Assembly: GCA_000989305.1 (NCBI GenBank)
Contig: LBTB01000005.1
Coordinates: forward strand, 4,409 to 68,408
Direction of reading: 5' to 3'
Length of the DNA: 64,000 nt
Source: Candidatus Shapirobacteria bacterium GW2011_GWF2_37_20
GTDB lineage: Bacteria; Patescibacteriota; Microgenomatia; UBA12405
The notes below the pieces were generated by a model, which was given only the letters and a program-made list of their open reading frames with translations, was not told where the DNA came from and did no database searches. The position numbers were made by a program, and so were the translations under genes. This document shows positions 19,885 to 30,118 of this stretch, piece by piece (position 1 is the stretch's first letter; the number at the start of each line of letters is the position of its first letter).

Positions 19885-21111
19885 GTGGAGAGATTTGTCA
19901 CCGTTTTTTGGTTGTTACTAATTCCGACACAGTTGGGCAGACATTTTTGGTTGAAAGAAAGTAGTGTAATGGGGGCGAGGGTAGATTATTTATCAATTAT
20001 TTTGTATTTAACTGATTTGGTATGGCTTCTCTGGGTCTGGACTCAGAGAAAAAAGATTAAGTTGAAACCTGATTTTTTTAGTTTCATTTTACTTTTATTG
20101 GCGGTGGCAAACATAATTTTTGCTCCGGCCAGGTTGGTAGCGGTTTATAAGTGGTTGCGAATTGGACAATGGTGGTTGACTTGGCAATTAGTAAAAGAGA
20201 ACAAGATAAGGATTTTAAGTTTATTAAAGAAAATTGTACCGGCGTGGATAATAGTGGAGTCGTTTTTAGGTTTGGCTCAAGTATTGAAGGGAGGAAGCTT
20301 AAACGGAATTTGGTGGTGGCTTGGGGAAAGAAGGTTTACTTTTGGGGGGATTGGAATTGCTCAAATGAGGTTTTTTGATGAAGGTTGGATTAGGGCTTAT
20401 GGGACTTTTTCGCACCCTAATTCTTTGGCAGGATTTTTGTTGTTGAGTTGGTGGTGGTGGAGAAAACAAAGACTAAACATAAATAAGGTTTTTTATTGGG
20501 TGGTAAATTGGAGTGCAATATTGGGAATAATTTTGACAGGAAGCCGAATTGTATGGGGACTGACTTTGGGGTTGTTGATAGTTGAGCAAATAAGAAAACT
20601 AATACCCAACCTACCCCCTTTTGGTGGGGAGAATAAGAAAAAATATTTTAGGGAAATGTTGGGCAAGGGCTTATTGATTCTGGGAATAATATGTTTAACG
20701 TTGGGGGTGGTAAGTATTAATTATCGGGTGAGTGATTTTGTGGGAGGTTGGGACGTGGATAGTTGGAATAAAAGGGAAATGCTGGGCTTGGCGGCGATAA
20801 AAATGATTGGGAAATCCCCTCTTTTTGGAGTTGGGGCAGGTAATTTTGTGGTTAGGTTGCCAAAATTCCAGACGGGAAACTTTTATTGGATGCAACCGGT
20901 ACATAATATTTTTTTGTTAATGTGGTGTGAGATTGGGGCTTTGGGCATAATTATGTTTTTAGCTTTGGGGATAAATAAGTTAATTGGTTTTAAGTGGAAA
21001 AAACAGGTGTGGTTTTTGTTGATTGTGGGAATAACGGGGATGTTTGACCATTATTGGCTGACCCTGCCTCAGAATAATTGGCTGTTGGCGATAATATTGG
21101 GGTTGATATAG
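19885..21111 (+). CDS. O-antigen ligase / Wzy_C family membrane protein
   Basis: RAYGTFSHPNSLAG, TGSR, GVGAGNF, PVHN.FL...E.G. Confidence 0.85.
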   Translation: MERFVTVFWLLLIPTQLGRHFWLKESSVMGARVDYLSIILYLTDLVWLLWVWTQRKKIKLKPDFFSFILLLLAVANIIFAPARLVAVYKWLRIGQWWLTWQLVKENKIRILSLLKKIVPAWIIVESFLGLAQVLKGGSLNGIWWWLGERRFTFGGIGIAQMRFFDEGWIRAYGTFSHPNSLAGFLLLSWWWWRKQRLNINKVFYWVVNWSAILGIILTGSRIVWGLTLGLLIVEQIRKLIPNLPPFGGENKKKYFREMLGKGLLILGIICLTLGVVSINYRVSDFVGGWDVDSWNKREMLGLAAIKMIGKSPLFGVGAGNFVVRLPKFQTGNFYWMQPVHNIFLLMWCEIGALGIIMFLALGINKLIGFKWKKQVWFLLIVGITGMFDHYWLTLPQNNWLLAIILGLI

Positions 21112-21125
21112 AGTAAAATCAAATA

Positions 21126-22370
21126 ATGTTAAAAAGACTGGCAGTGAATACCGGAGTACAGATATTGGGAAAGGTGTTGTCGGTAATAGTGTCACTGATA
21201 ACCACAGGAATTTTGACGAGAAAATTGGGGGTTGCGGTTTACGGGCAATATATCCTGATCGTGTCCATGTCAATATTTTTTGATGCTTTGGCTGATTTTG
21301 GAACTTCGATTATTGGTGTCAGAGAGGCTTCAAAAGTTGAGAGCGAGGGCGAGAGGGTAAAAATATGGTCTAATGTAGCCATTTTAAGATTAGTGTTGGC
21401 GGTGTTTAGTTTGGTTTTGGGATTGGGGTTGATCTTTTCCTGGCCTGATTTAAGGGAAGTCCGAATGGAGGCGGTTTTGGCCTGGGTAATGTTGGTCTTT
21501 ACTTCTTTGGCCGGGTCTTTGGGAGTAGTGTGGCAGACGAGAATTAGGATGGAGGCAAAGGTGTTGGTAGAGGTAATGTTTCCGACCATATTTTTGCTTT
21601 GTTTATGGTGGTTTTCCGGTGAGATTAACTTAGTTTGGGTTTTTGGGACTTATTTAATTGCCAGGATAATTACTTTGGCCTGGGGTTGGTGGATTGGCAG
21701 AGGAACAATAAATTTCAAATTGCTTGACACAAAGATGGTGAAAAAACTATTGGTAATGAGTTGGCCAATGGGGGTATATTTGTTGATATTTTCAGCATAT
21801 GATCGGGCAATCGACGCAATGATGATCAGAAGATTTTTGGGAGCCGGAGAGGTGGCCTGGTACGGATTGGCATATAAAATTTATGGAGTCTTGATTCAGC
21901 CGGCGTATTTTTTAGTAAGTGGGATATTTCCAATTTTGTCAAGAAACCTAAAACCTAGCTCGCCTTTTCCTGCTGAAGGTCGGCAAAAAAATACAAATAT
22001 CATATTTTGGGCTTCGGCGGCGATATTGTTGGTCTCAGGAATAACCTTGATGTTGGGAGTTTGGATGTTTGCACCAATTATGGTTCACGCGTTGGCCGGA
22101 AGCCAGTTTGAAGCTTCGGTGGGGGTATTAAGAATTTTAATGTTGGCTTTGGTATTTTCATATTTAGGCCATTTAGTGGGATTTACTCTGATTTCCAGAG
22201 AAGGGCAAAAGGAAATGTTGGGAATGGGAGTGATAATCTTGGTGTTTAATTTTGTGGGTAATATGGTGGCAATCCCCCGTTTTGGGATTATGGGAGCGGC
22301 GGGAGTAACGGTGTTGACAGAAGTATTATCTTTGATGTTGATGAGTAGCCGGCTGAGAAAGCGTAATTAG
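21126..22370 (+). CDS. Polysaccharide flippase (Wzx/MOP family)
   Basis: About 12 TMs; LGVAVYGQY, ADFG, EVAWYGLAYK, IPRFGIMGAA. Confidence 0.85.
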   Translation: MLKRLAVNTGVQILGKVLSVIVSLITTGILTRKLGVAVYGQYILIVSMSIFFDALADFGTSIIGVREASKVESEGERVKIWSNVAILRLVLAVFSLVLGLGLIFSWPDLREVRMEAVLAWVMLVFTSLAGSLGVVWQTRIRMEAKVLVEVMFPTIFLLCLWWFSGEINLVWVFGTYLIARIITLAWGWWIGRGTINFKLLDTKMVKKLLVMSWPMGVYLLIFSAYDRAIDAMMIRRFLGAGEVAWYGLAYKIYGVLIQPAYFLVSGIFPILSRNLKPSSPFPAEGRQKNTNIIFWASAAILLVSGITLMLGVWMFAPIMVHALAGSQFEASVGVLRILMLALVFSYLGHLVGFTLISREGQKEMLGMGVIILVFNFVGNMVAIPRFGIMGAAGVTVLTEVLSLMLMSSRLRKRN

Positions 22371-22699
22371 AAGGTAGTTTTGTACTATTCCCCTATCTGA
22401 AATACTGACGGATTTTAACTTGATAAAAAACACAATTATGACATTTTCTTTGATCGAAAATACATTTTTTTGGCACTTGCTCTTTTCGGTCTATCCCCGA
22501 CTAAAGCTAAACCACACAATAATCTTGCGATAAAAAAATTTTTTGAACAGAAAATTATTTAAAAAACACCAAACTAGTTATGACGATTTTTCACGTTCCA
22601 TAGAGACGGTTTGACAAGTTGTGACAGTTTTAACAGGAAAATAACCGCAAATTAACCGAAACATTACCGCAATGGATTTCTTTGCTTTAAAATGGAGAC

Positions 22700-25627
22700 A
22701 TGGAAGGAGTGTCGACAACCGCAGTAGTTTTTGGAGGGGGATCTTTTGTGGCTGACAAACTGGAAGAGCAACTCAAAGAAAGAGGAATAAAGGTGGTTAG
22801 GGGTGATTATGAAAATATTCCTGAAAATGTGGCATATTTTTTTGATTTTGAAGGAAGAGAAGAGGTTTGGGAAAGACTGAACAACAACCAAAGATTGGTG
22901 TTGGTTGAGGTTGATAGTTTTGAAAAAATTGAGGAGTGGGAAAAAAAGCTAAATTCGAGGAATTTGAACTGGAGAATTGTGGCGGGAGTAAACGTTTATG
23001 GTGAGGGGATGAGTGAGGAGGGTTTTTTGGGCAGAGCTTTTTTACAAGCAGCTAAAAATAAAAATTTAGTTTTACCAGGTCTTGATCAAATATATAGAGT
23101 CTTGGCGGTTGACGACATGGTTGAGGCAATATTAAGGTCATGTTTTTTCTCGGGAACTTCCGGTAAGACTTTGTTTGTCGGCGGGGGAGAAATTAACTCA
23201 AAAATAGTAGCAGAAGTACTGGTGGAAGAAGCAAAAATGACGAAAACTCAGGTGATTCAAGACCCTCCCAGGGCTGATACGTTGTGGCGGGCAAGCCAAG
23301 AGGAATTAGAAAAAAAAATAATAAAGAGCCAAGAGTTGTTAAGATGGGGGCCGGAAATTACTTTTACTGAGGGAGCGAAGGCGGTAATCCAATATTTTGT
23401 AGCAAAAGTCGACCAAGAGAATAGAAAAAAACCAACAATAAAAAATTCAAAAATTGGGCCACAAATCACCAGGGAGATGGTGGAAAAAAGATATGCAGTG
23501 GAAGTAGAAGAAGAGGAAATTGGTGATGAGACCTTAGAAAGGAAGTTTGCTGGTGAGGAAAGCCACCATGAGGTGGAGGATGAAGAAGAGATTTTAGATC
23601 CCAGAACCGAGATTTTAGAAGAAGAAACAGGGGAAGAAGAAAGTCGAGAGGAGTTTAAGTTGGAAAGCCTGAAAAAAAGTCCATTACCAGAACGGGTGGT
23701 GGAAGAGAAAGAGGTTGAAATTGAACCTGATTTGGGTGAAAGCTCCGTTGAGGAGAAGTTAATTCCACCCCCAGCCTCTTTATTAAAAAAGGAAGAGAGT
23801 AAAAAAATTGTAAAAAATAAAGGCAGTTTCTGGAAATGGGGGTTGTTTGGGGTGGGGTGGATATTTTTGGTTTTATTTTTGGTGAATTTTATAAAAATAG
23901 TAACTATTCCCAAAAAGATCATGGGAACAGAAAGCCTGATTGAAAAGGGAAAATATGAAGAAGCAAAAAAAGAAATAGAGCTTCTGTCGAAAAATAATCA
24001 GAAATTGTTGGAAATTTTTGGTGGGGGGAAAGTGGGAACATTGTTGAGGGCGGAAGGAGAAGTGGTAAGTTTGTTGGGGTTGAGTGTAGAGCTGGCTCAA
24101 AGCGGAGAAAAGATAAGTAGCAGTATGTTTGGGGAAAAGGAAATTGAGATGAGGGGTGAATTACAAAAAGTGGAGAAGAGCTTAGATGAGATGGTTTCGA
24201 AAATGGGAATATTACAAGGGAGACTATCAGGACAATGGCAATGGTTGCCAGGGAGATATAGAGAAGATTTAAATAAATTAAAAGACAAGCTGACAAAAGA
24301 GAGAGAAAATGTTGAAAGAATACGAAAAATATTACCAATATTACCTGAAATTCTAGGTCTTGACGGTAAAAGGAGGGAATATATGGTGTTGCTCCAGAAT
24401 GAAAATGAAATTAGAGCCTCCGGAGGTTTTATTGGTTCTTATGCCATATTAAGTTTTGAAGGTGGGCGATGGCTGGGATTTGAAGTCAAAGACGTCTATG
24501 AGGCCGATGGGCAACTCAAGGGGCATGTGGAACCGCCGTCTGAAATTAAAAAATATCTGGGAGAAGCTGGCTGGTTTATGAGAGATGCAAACTGGCAAGC
24601 CAGCTTTCCTTCAGCGGCAAGAGACATTCAGTGGTTTTTGGAAAAAGAAACCGGACGAAAGGTTGACGGGGTGATTGGCTTGAATTTGGCATCAGTTAAG
24701 GCAATTTTGGGAGTAACAGGAGAAATATATGTAACTGATTTTAAGGAGAAGGTAAATGAAAATAATTTATACGAACAAGCTGAATATTACTCGGAAACAA
24801 AGTTTTTTGCCGGGTCGGTACAAAAGGCGAGTTTTTTGGGAGGGGTAAGTAAGCAATTAATGGAGGAAATAAAACTGGCAAAAGGAGCTGAGGGACAAAA
24901 ATTGTTGACAGCGGTTATGGATTTGATGGACAGGAATGAAGTACAAGTAGTTTTGAATGAAAAAATGGCTTCAGAGGTGTTGGCAGAGGCAGGTTGGGAC
25001 GGGGCAATTTATGAAGGGAAGTGTAATGGGGAAAAATGCGTGGCGGATTATTTATATATAGTGGAATCTAATCTGGGGGTAAATAAGGCAAATTATTTTT
25101 TGTATCGAAATATTGAAAGAGAGATAGAAATTGGAGAAAAAATAGTAAAAAATACTTTGAGGATTACTTATGAGAACACAGCAAAAAGTAGTGCCTGGCC
25201 GGGAGGGGATTATAAGAACTATATAAGAATTTATGTCCCAGTCGGAACCGGGGTTCAGGAGGTTAACTGGAGTGAGAATGGAGGCGGAGAAAGAAAAGTG
25301 ATAAGCGGCGAGGAACTGAAGCTTAGCCGGGTGGGGAACAAGGAAGAAATTGGGTTTTTGGTGATAGTGCCGGTGGGAAAGAAAATTGGTGTAGAAGTAA
25401 AATATGTGGAAAATATAAATTTGACGACTTTGCAAAGCTTTTCTTATTTGAATTATATTCAAAGACAGAGTGGTTTTGGAGATACGGGAATAGTAACTTT
25501 GATTTCTATACCGGAAAACTGGAGAATAAATGCGGTGGAGCCGGCGGCGAGCGTGGTTGGAGGCAAGCTACTGTTTAATCAAAAATTGGATAAAGACATA
25601 AAGATGGGGGTGGAGATATCGAGATGA
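22700..25627 (+). CDS. DUF4012-domain membrane protein with a degenerate NAD-dependent epimerase-like N-terminus and acidic linker
   Basis: YMVLLQNENEIRASGGFIGSY, RDANW..SFP, NLGVNKAN, GGDYKNYIRIYVP; N-terminal VFGGGSFVA. Confidence 0.8.
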   Translation: MEGVSTTAVVFGGGSFVADKLEEQLKERGIKVVRGDYENIPENVAYFFDFEGREEVWERLNNNQRLVLVEVDSFEKIEEWEKKLNSRNLNWRIVAGVNVYGEGMSEEGFLGRAFLQAAKNKNLVLPGLDQIYRVLAVDDMVEAILRSCFFSGTSGKTLFVGGGEINSKIVAEVLVEEAKMTKTQVIQDPPRADTLWRASQEELEKKIIKSQELLRWGPEITFTEGAKAVIQYFVAKVDQENRKKPTIKNSKIGPQITREMVEKRYAVEVEEEEIGDETLERKFAGEESHHEVEDEEEILDPRTEILEEETGEEESREEFKLESLKKSPLPERVVEEKEVEIEPDLGESSVEEKLIPPPASLLKKEESKKIVKNKGSFWKWGLFGVGWIFLVLFLVNFIKIVTIPKKIMGTESLIEKGKYEEAKKEIELLSKNNQKLLEIFGGGKVGTLLRAEGEVVSLLGLSVELAQSGEKISSSMFGEKEIEMRGELQKVEKSLDEMVSKMGILQGRLSGQWQWLPGRYREDLNKLKDKLTKERENVERIRKILPILPEILGLDGKRREYMVLLQNENEIRASGGFIGSYAILSFEGGRWLGFEVKDVYEADGQLKGHVEPPSEIKKYLGEAGWFMRDANWQASFPSAARDIQWFLEKETGRKVDGVIGLNLASVKAILGVTGEIYVTDFKEKVNENNLYEQAEYYSETKFFAGSVQKASFLGGVSKQLMEEIKLAKGAEGQKLLTAVMDLMDRNEVQVVLNEKMASEVLAEAGWDGAIYEGKCNGEKCVADYLYIVESNLGVNKANYFLYRNIEREIEIGEKIVKNTLRITYENTAKSSAWPGGDYKNYIRIYVPVGTGVQEVNWSENGGGERKVISGEELKLSRVGNKEEIGFLVIVPVGKKIGVEVKYVENINLTTLQSFSYLNYIQRQSGFGDTGIVTLISIPENWRINAVEPAASVVGGKLLFNQKLDKDIKMGVEISR

Positions 25628-25920
25628 GGAATTTTATTAAAAAGAAAGAAAATTTTAAATGTGAAAATTGTGGATTTGAAGTGAGTGGAGACGGATACAC
25701 AGACCATTGTCCAAAGTGTTTGTGGGGAAAACATGTGGATGAGGAAATTCCGGGGGATAGAGCCAGCGAGTGTGGAGGCTTGATGAAAGCAGTAGAAAGC
25801 ACCTATGTTTCAGGCAGATATAAGATACATTACAGGTGTGGTAAATGTAGACATGAATTTTGGGTAAGGGAAGGAGAAGATGACGATAGAACTCTATTAA
25901 TGGAGTTGATGGTAAAATAA
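25624..25920 (+). CDS. RNHCP-domain zinc-binding protein
   Basis: FKCENCG...YTDHCPKCLWGKHVD..PGDRAS.CGGLM...C.KC. Confidence 0.85.
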   Translation: MRNFIKKKENFKCENCGFEVSGDGYTDHCPKCLWGKHVDEEIPGDRASECGGLMKAVESTYVSGRYKIHYRCGKCRHEFWVREGEDDDRTLLMELMVK

Positions 25921-25923
25921 TTT

Positions 25924-26169
25924 ATGGATTATGGTGAGCTTATGAAAGCGAAACACCCAAAACCCGATAATGGCGGTCAAGCTGTACCAGTAATTCCAAC
26001 AGCAGAAATTGTGGAAAAGGTTAGAGACCCGGCAACGGGAGTGGAATTTCCGATAAAACCCGGAATTACCGGAGAAAAAGCTATTACAGAATGGGAAAAA
26101 GAAAATGGTGACATTAGTGAGCCGGCTTATAAAAGACAGCAAAAAAAGAAAGAGACGGGAGAAATTTAG
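25924..26169 (+). CDS. Hypothetical protein
   Basis: ORF with TAAAAT 5 nt upstream of the ATG; codon bias matches neighbours. Confidence 0.6.
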   Translation: MDYGELMKAKHPKPDNGGQAVPVIPTAEIVEKVRDPATGVEFPIKPGITGEKAITEWEKENGDISEPAYKRQQKKKETGEI

Positions 26170-26210
26170 GTTGCTGTAAAATAATAATCAATAAATTGAT
26201 AGAATAATTT

Positions 26211-26417
26211 ATGGGAGAAACAAGTAGAGGATTAAGTCCAGGAGAGGTGGGTAAAAAAAGGGTCTCAAAGGTTGACCAGTATAAAAAATTGTCAGAAGAA
26301 GCGATGGGCTATAACCTGGGAAATGATTTGGTAAGTGAGATGGCGATGAAACACTTAAGTGCGGTGGCTAAGAGTATTAACAGAGCTAATCGGAAAGCTG
26401 CGGTAAAAAAACGGTGA
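26211..26417 (+). CDS. Hypothetical basic protein
   Basis: ORF with TAGAAT 5 nt upstream of the ATG. Confidence 0.55.
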   Translation: MGETSRGLSPGEVGKKRVSKVDQYKKLSEEAMGYNLGNDLVSEMAMKHLSAVAKSINRANRKAAVKKR

Positions 26418-26476
26418 AAGTGCGGAGATCGGAAAGATAGATATTAGAGGTAGATACGATGATATAATTGAAAGAC

Positions 26477-28417
26477 ATGTGGGAAAGAATTAAGAAAATA
26501 TTAGGATTAAAATCTGGAAACCGGAAAGCAGATTCTGGAAACGAAAAAAAAGACAATAAAGGGATACCCAAGGAAGTTTTGGATAAATTGCCACCAGGAG
26601 TGAAAATAAAAAAAATCGAAATTGGACCATCACAAATAATAAGAAGCGTGATTTATATGATTGTGTTTTACATGATTGCTTCGACTTTGTTGAGTTTTTT
26701 GGTGGGGGAGAATTTGGCAAAAGTGTCTTTGTCGGAAGTATTGGATTCTATTAAGAAAAATGAAGTAGAAGAGGTGACGGTAATGGACAATGAGGTGATC
26801 GCCAAATTAAAAGATAATTCTAAAATTTTAACGGCTTCAAAAGAAAGTAATGTGTCGATGTCTGACATACTACAAAAAGAAGGAATTGATATCAGTACAG
26901 TGAAGTTTACAGTTCAAAACAGAAGCGGATGGAAGGCTTTTGGAGATATTGTAACCTTATTGTTGTCAGTAGGGTTGCCAATTATTTTTATATTATGGTT
27001 TTTTGGAAGACAGAGCGGTGGGGGTGCCGGAGGGGGAATGTTTGGATTTGGAAAATCAACGGCAAAACTGTTTATAAAAGGGAAGCAAAACTTGTCTTTT
27101 AAAGATGTGGCGGGAGTAGAAGAGGCCAAAAAAGATCTGGAGGAAGTGGTAGATTTTTTGAAACATCCGGAAAAATACCGAAAGATGGGGGCGAGGGCTC
27201 CAAGAGGAGTGTTGCTGGTGGGACCAGCCGGAGTAGGAAAAACACTATTGGCAAAAGCAGTGGCAGGAGAGGCCAATGTGCCTTTTTATAGTATGGCCGG
27301 ATCTGAATTTATGGAAATGCTCGTCGGGGTCGGAGCAAGTAGGGTACGAGACCTATTTGGTACAGCGAAAAAAGCAGGGAAAGCAATTATTTTTATTGAT
27401 GAAATTGATGCAATTGGTCGAATGAGAGGGGGGATGGATGGGGGTCACGGCGAAAGAGAACAAACCTTGAATCAAATATTAGTAGAAATGGATGGTTTTG
27501 AAACAAATACAGCAGTGGTAGTATTGGCGGCCACGAATAGGGGCGACTTACTTGACCCAGCACTATTGAGACCGGGACGTTTTGACAGAAGGGTGATATT
27601 GGAAATGCCTGATCTTAAGGACAGAGAGGAAATAATTAAGATTCATGCTAAAGGAAAACCTTTTGTGAAAGATGTTAATTGGACAACAGTAGCCCGAAGA
27701 ACAGTTGGATTTTCTGGAGCTGATTTAGAAAACATGTTAAATGAAGCGGCAATAAAAGCGGCCAGAGAGAATAAAACAGCAGTGGAGATGGTTGATATTG
27801 AAGAAGCGGCACTTAAGGTTAAATTGGGGTCGGAAAAACGCCGAGACCAAACGGATGAAGATAAATTGATGACGGCTTACCACGAGGCGGGACACGCAAT
27901 CGTAAATTTTGCGGAGGACCTGGACCCGGTTCATCGGATTTCGATTGTTTCACGGGGAATGGCATTGGGTTTTACCCTTATTCCACCAAAGATGGATAGA
28001 GTTCACGAAACGAAATCAAGACTGATTAAACAAATGGCGATGGCGATGGGAGGGAGAGCGGCTGAGGCGTTGGTTTTTGACGATATTACTACCGGAGCCA
28101 GCAGTGATATTAGTCATATAACTAACATTGCCAGAAACATGGTAATTGAATGGGGAATGACGGAATTGGGACCAATACATTGGGGGCCACAAGTTGACAT
28201 TGAGGATTTTGGTAAAGCCTGGATGGAGCCGGCAAAAATTTCCGATGAAATGCAGGGAAAGGTAGATGAAGAAATTAAAAAATTAGTGAATACAGCTTTG
28301 GTGAGAGCCGAAACATTGCTGAAGAAAAACAGAAAGAAACTTGATGAATTAGCGAAACTCTTGGTGGAAAAGGAAAGTCTGGATGACAAGGAATTTGAAG
28401 AGTTTATGAAGAAGTAG
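26477..28417 (+). CDS. ftsH: ATP-dependent zinc metalloprotease FtsH
   Basis: GPAGVGKT, FIDEID, LLRPGRFDR, HEAGH. Start moved to ATG 26477 after TATAAT. Confidence 0.97.
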   Translation: MWERIKKILGLKSGNRKADSGNEKKDNKGIPKEVLDKLPPGVKIKKIEIGPSQIIRSVIYMIVFYMIASTLLSFLVGENLAKVSLSEVLDSIKKNEVEEVTVMDNEVIAKLKDNSKILTASKESNVSMSDILQKEGIDISTVKFTVQNRSGWKAFGDIVTLLLSVGLPIIFILWFFGRQSGGGAGGGMFGFGKSTAKLFIKGKQNLSFKDVAGVEEAKKDLEEVVDFLKHPEKYRKMGARAPRGVLLVGPAGVGKTLLAKAVAGEANVPFYSMAGSEFMEMLVGVGASRVRDLFGTAKKAGKAIIFIDEIDAIGRMRGGMDGGHGEREQTLNQILVEMDGFETNTAVVVLAATNRGDLLDPALLRPGRFDRRVILEMPDLKDREEIIKIHAKGKPFVKDVNWTTVARRTVGFSGADLENMLNEAAIKAARENKTAVEMVDIEEAALKVKLGSEKRRDQTDEDKLMTAYHEAGHAIVNFAEDLDPVHRISIVSRGMALGFTLIPPKMDRVHETKSRLIKQMAMAMGGRAAEALVFDDITTGASSDISHITNIARNMVIEWGMTELGPIHWGPQVDIEDFGKAWMEPAKISDEMQGKVDEEIKKLVNTALVRAETLLKKNRKKLDELAKLLVEKESLDDKEFEEFMKK

Positions 28418-28419
28418 GG

Positions 28420-30063
28420 TTAGGAGTTTTCTTCCAGTTCGATGATGCGTTGGAGAATTGCCAGGCTACCAAGATAGACGGGTTCGACACCGGCGAGATT
28501 GAGAGAACCGGCACCGAGGTTTTTAGCCTTAGAATAAGGGGTGTCGGAGGTGTAGTTGATGATACCAATATCAAAGGGGGTGGAATTGAGATCAACCATG
28601 GTGCCACGGGGAGTTTGTTGATCATAGGTGGCCTCGGTAATAGCGGAAAGATAGGGGCCATTTTCCATTTCGATAACGGTGAGATCGTTTTGGGAATATT
28701 TTTTTAGGAGGGGTTCATTTTCTAAAAAGGTACCAAAGACGGTAACAGATTTTTGGTTGGTGAGAATGGAACCCTGGGAGTTGTTAAAAGGGAAGGAGGT
28801 GTTGAAACAATTTTTGAAAAAGTAGGAATTTTGCGAATGTTCGTCAAAAACCAGACGAGGAATCTGGAGATCGCCAACTTCAGAATTAAGAACAGCGGCT
28901 TTACCTAAAATATAGACACCTTTGACGGCGGCAACATTTTCCAAAACCTTATTTAGGACATGATAAGCGGCAAAACCGAGAGGATAGTCGATGTTAAAAA
29001 TCAGAGCATCACTTTTGGCAATTTTACTGGGTTTGCTAATTTTCAGACGAGGGTCAAGATATTTTGATTTAGAAAAAGACTTGACGGGGAAAATTTGAGT
29101 GTTGACATCGAGATAGTGGGCGGAAGGAGTGGTTTGAATATTAAGATTGTCTTGAATTTTTTGCCAATCCTTTTGGTATTTTTTATCGCTGACAAAAAAT
29201 TTGGAGAGATAATAGAGAAGATCTTGGGGAGGGATATAAGGACAGAGGTCATTGCAATTTTCCGGGGCAATTTTAAGAAGTTTTTTTTCTGATTTGAGAG
29301 CAAAACCGGTAATGATGTTTAGAAGTGAATGAGAATTACTACTGACAAAATAGACGCGTTGACGGGAAAGATGAAAAGATTTTGAGACACTGAAGGAAAT
29401 ATTTTTCCACCAGTGCTGGGTGGTTTTGGTGTAGTCAATCCAGGAACCAGCCAAAAGACGGAGGCGGATGTTTTGGGGGCGGTGATACATTCTCTTTAAA
29501 CGAAGACGCCAATTTTTACCAAGAGCGATTTTAATTTTTTGCCAATCTTCAGCCGATAAGTTGACAACTTTTAGAAAGTCGGGAGAAGTTAGGGCTTTTT
29601 TAAACTGAGAATATTTGGGGTAGGTGGAAGTGGCGATTTGGTGGAATTTATTCCATTCGAGTTGGTAGGCAATCAGAAGATTAACAATGTCGTCAACATC
29701 GGTGACGGAACTGATGAAGGAGGCGGCAACACCGGTTTTTCGGTTTAAAAAACGGGTACGGCGACGGGCGGTAACGGCAAGTTTTGACCATTTAGTGACG
29801 TCAGGAAAACCGGCGTCAGAAAAAACCTGAGGATTTTGACCCATGACAACAATTTTGGTGATGTCGACAACTTTGGGTAGACGAAGAAGGGAGTAAACAA
29901 TGGCGGAGGGATCGAGACGGGTGGGGTCGCGGGCAAGGGGGTGTAAAATTGTGTCCATTTTTAGGTAAGAATTGGTGAGAGAATGAACGGTAACCTCAAG
30001 ATTGCTTTTGAGGGCAGAGCGATAAGTACGAATGTGGAGGTCAATAGAATCAATGGAGGACAT
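28420..30063 (-). CDS. Conserved protein with a nucleoside phosphorylase/AMP-nucleosidase-like C-terminal fold (DUF6909-like)
   Basis: YILGKA, TVFGTFL, IEMENGPY, YTSDTP resemble phosphorylase-superfamily motifs. The family name is from recall only. Confidence 0.55.
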   Translation of the reverse strand: MSSIDSIDLHIRTYRSALKSNLEVTVHSLTNSYLKMDTILHPLARDPTRLDPSAIVYSLLRLPKVVDITKIVVMGQNPQVFSDAGFPDVTKWSKLAVTARRRTRFLNRKTGVAASFISSVTDVDDIVNLLIAYQLEWNKFHQIATSTYPKYSQFKKALTSPDFLKVVNLSAEDWQKIKIALGKNWRLRLKRMYHRPQNIRLRLLAGSWIDYTKTTQHWWKNISFSVSKSFHLSRQRVYFVSSNSHSLLNIITGFALKSEKKLLKIAPENCNDLCPYIPPQDLLYYLSKFFVSDKKYQKDWQKIQDNLNIQTTPSAHYLDVNTQIFPVKSFSKSKYLDPRLKISKPSKIAKSDALIFNIDYPLGFAAYHVLNKVLENVAAVKGVYILGKAAVLNSEVGDLQIPRLVFDEHSQNSYFFKNCFNTSFPFNNSQGSILTNQKSVTVFGTFLENEPLLKKYSQNDLTVIEMENGPYLSAITEATYDQQTPRGTMVDLNSTPFDIGIINYTSDTPYSKAKNLGAGSLNLAGVEPVYLGSLAILQRIIELEENS

Positions 30064-30118
30064 TAGAACATTATAAACATTATTAGAAAAGATGACGGGG
30101 GTAGATGATATAATTTAG

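Noticed and set aside
22371-22699. 330-bp gap with a minus-strand Cys-rich fragment (CIFDQRKCHNCVFYQ)
   Set aside because: Interrupted by in-frame stops with no convincing start; possibly a decayed small gene, but it cannot be supported.
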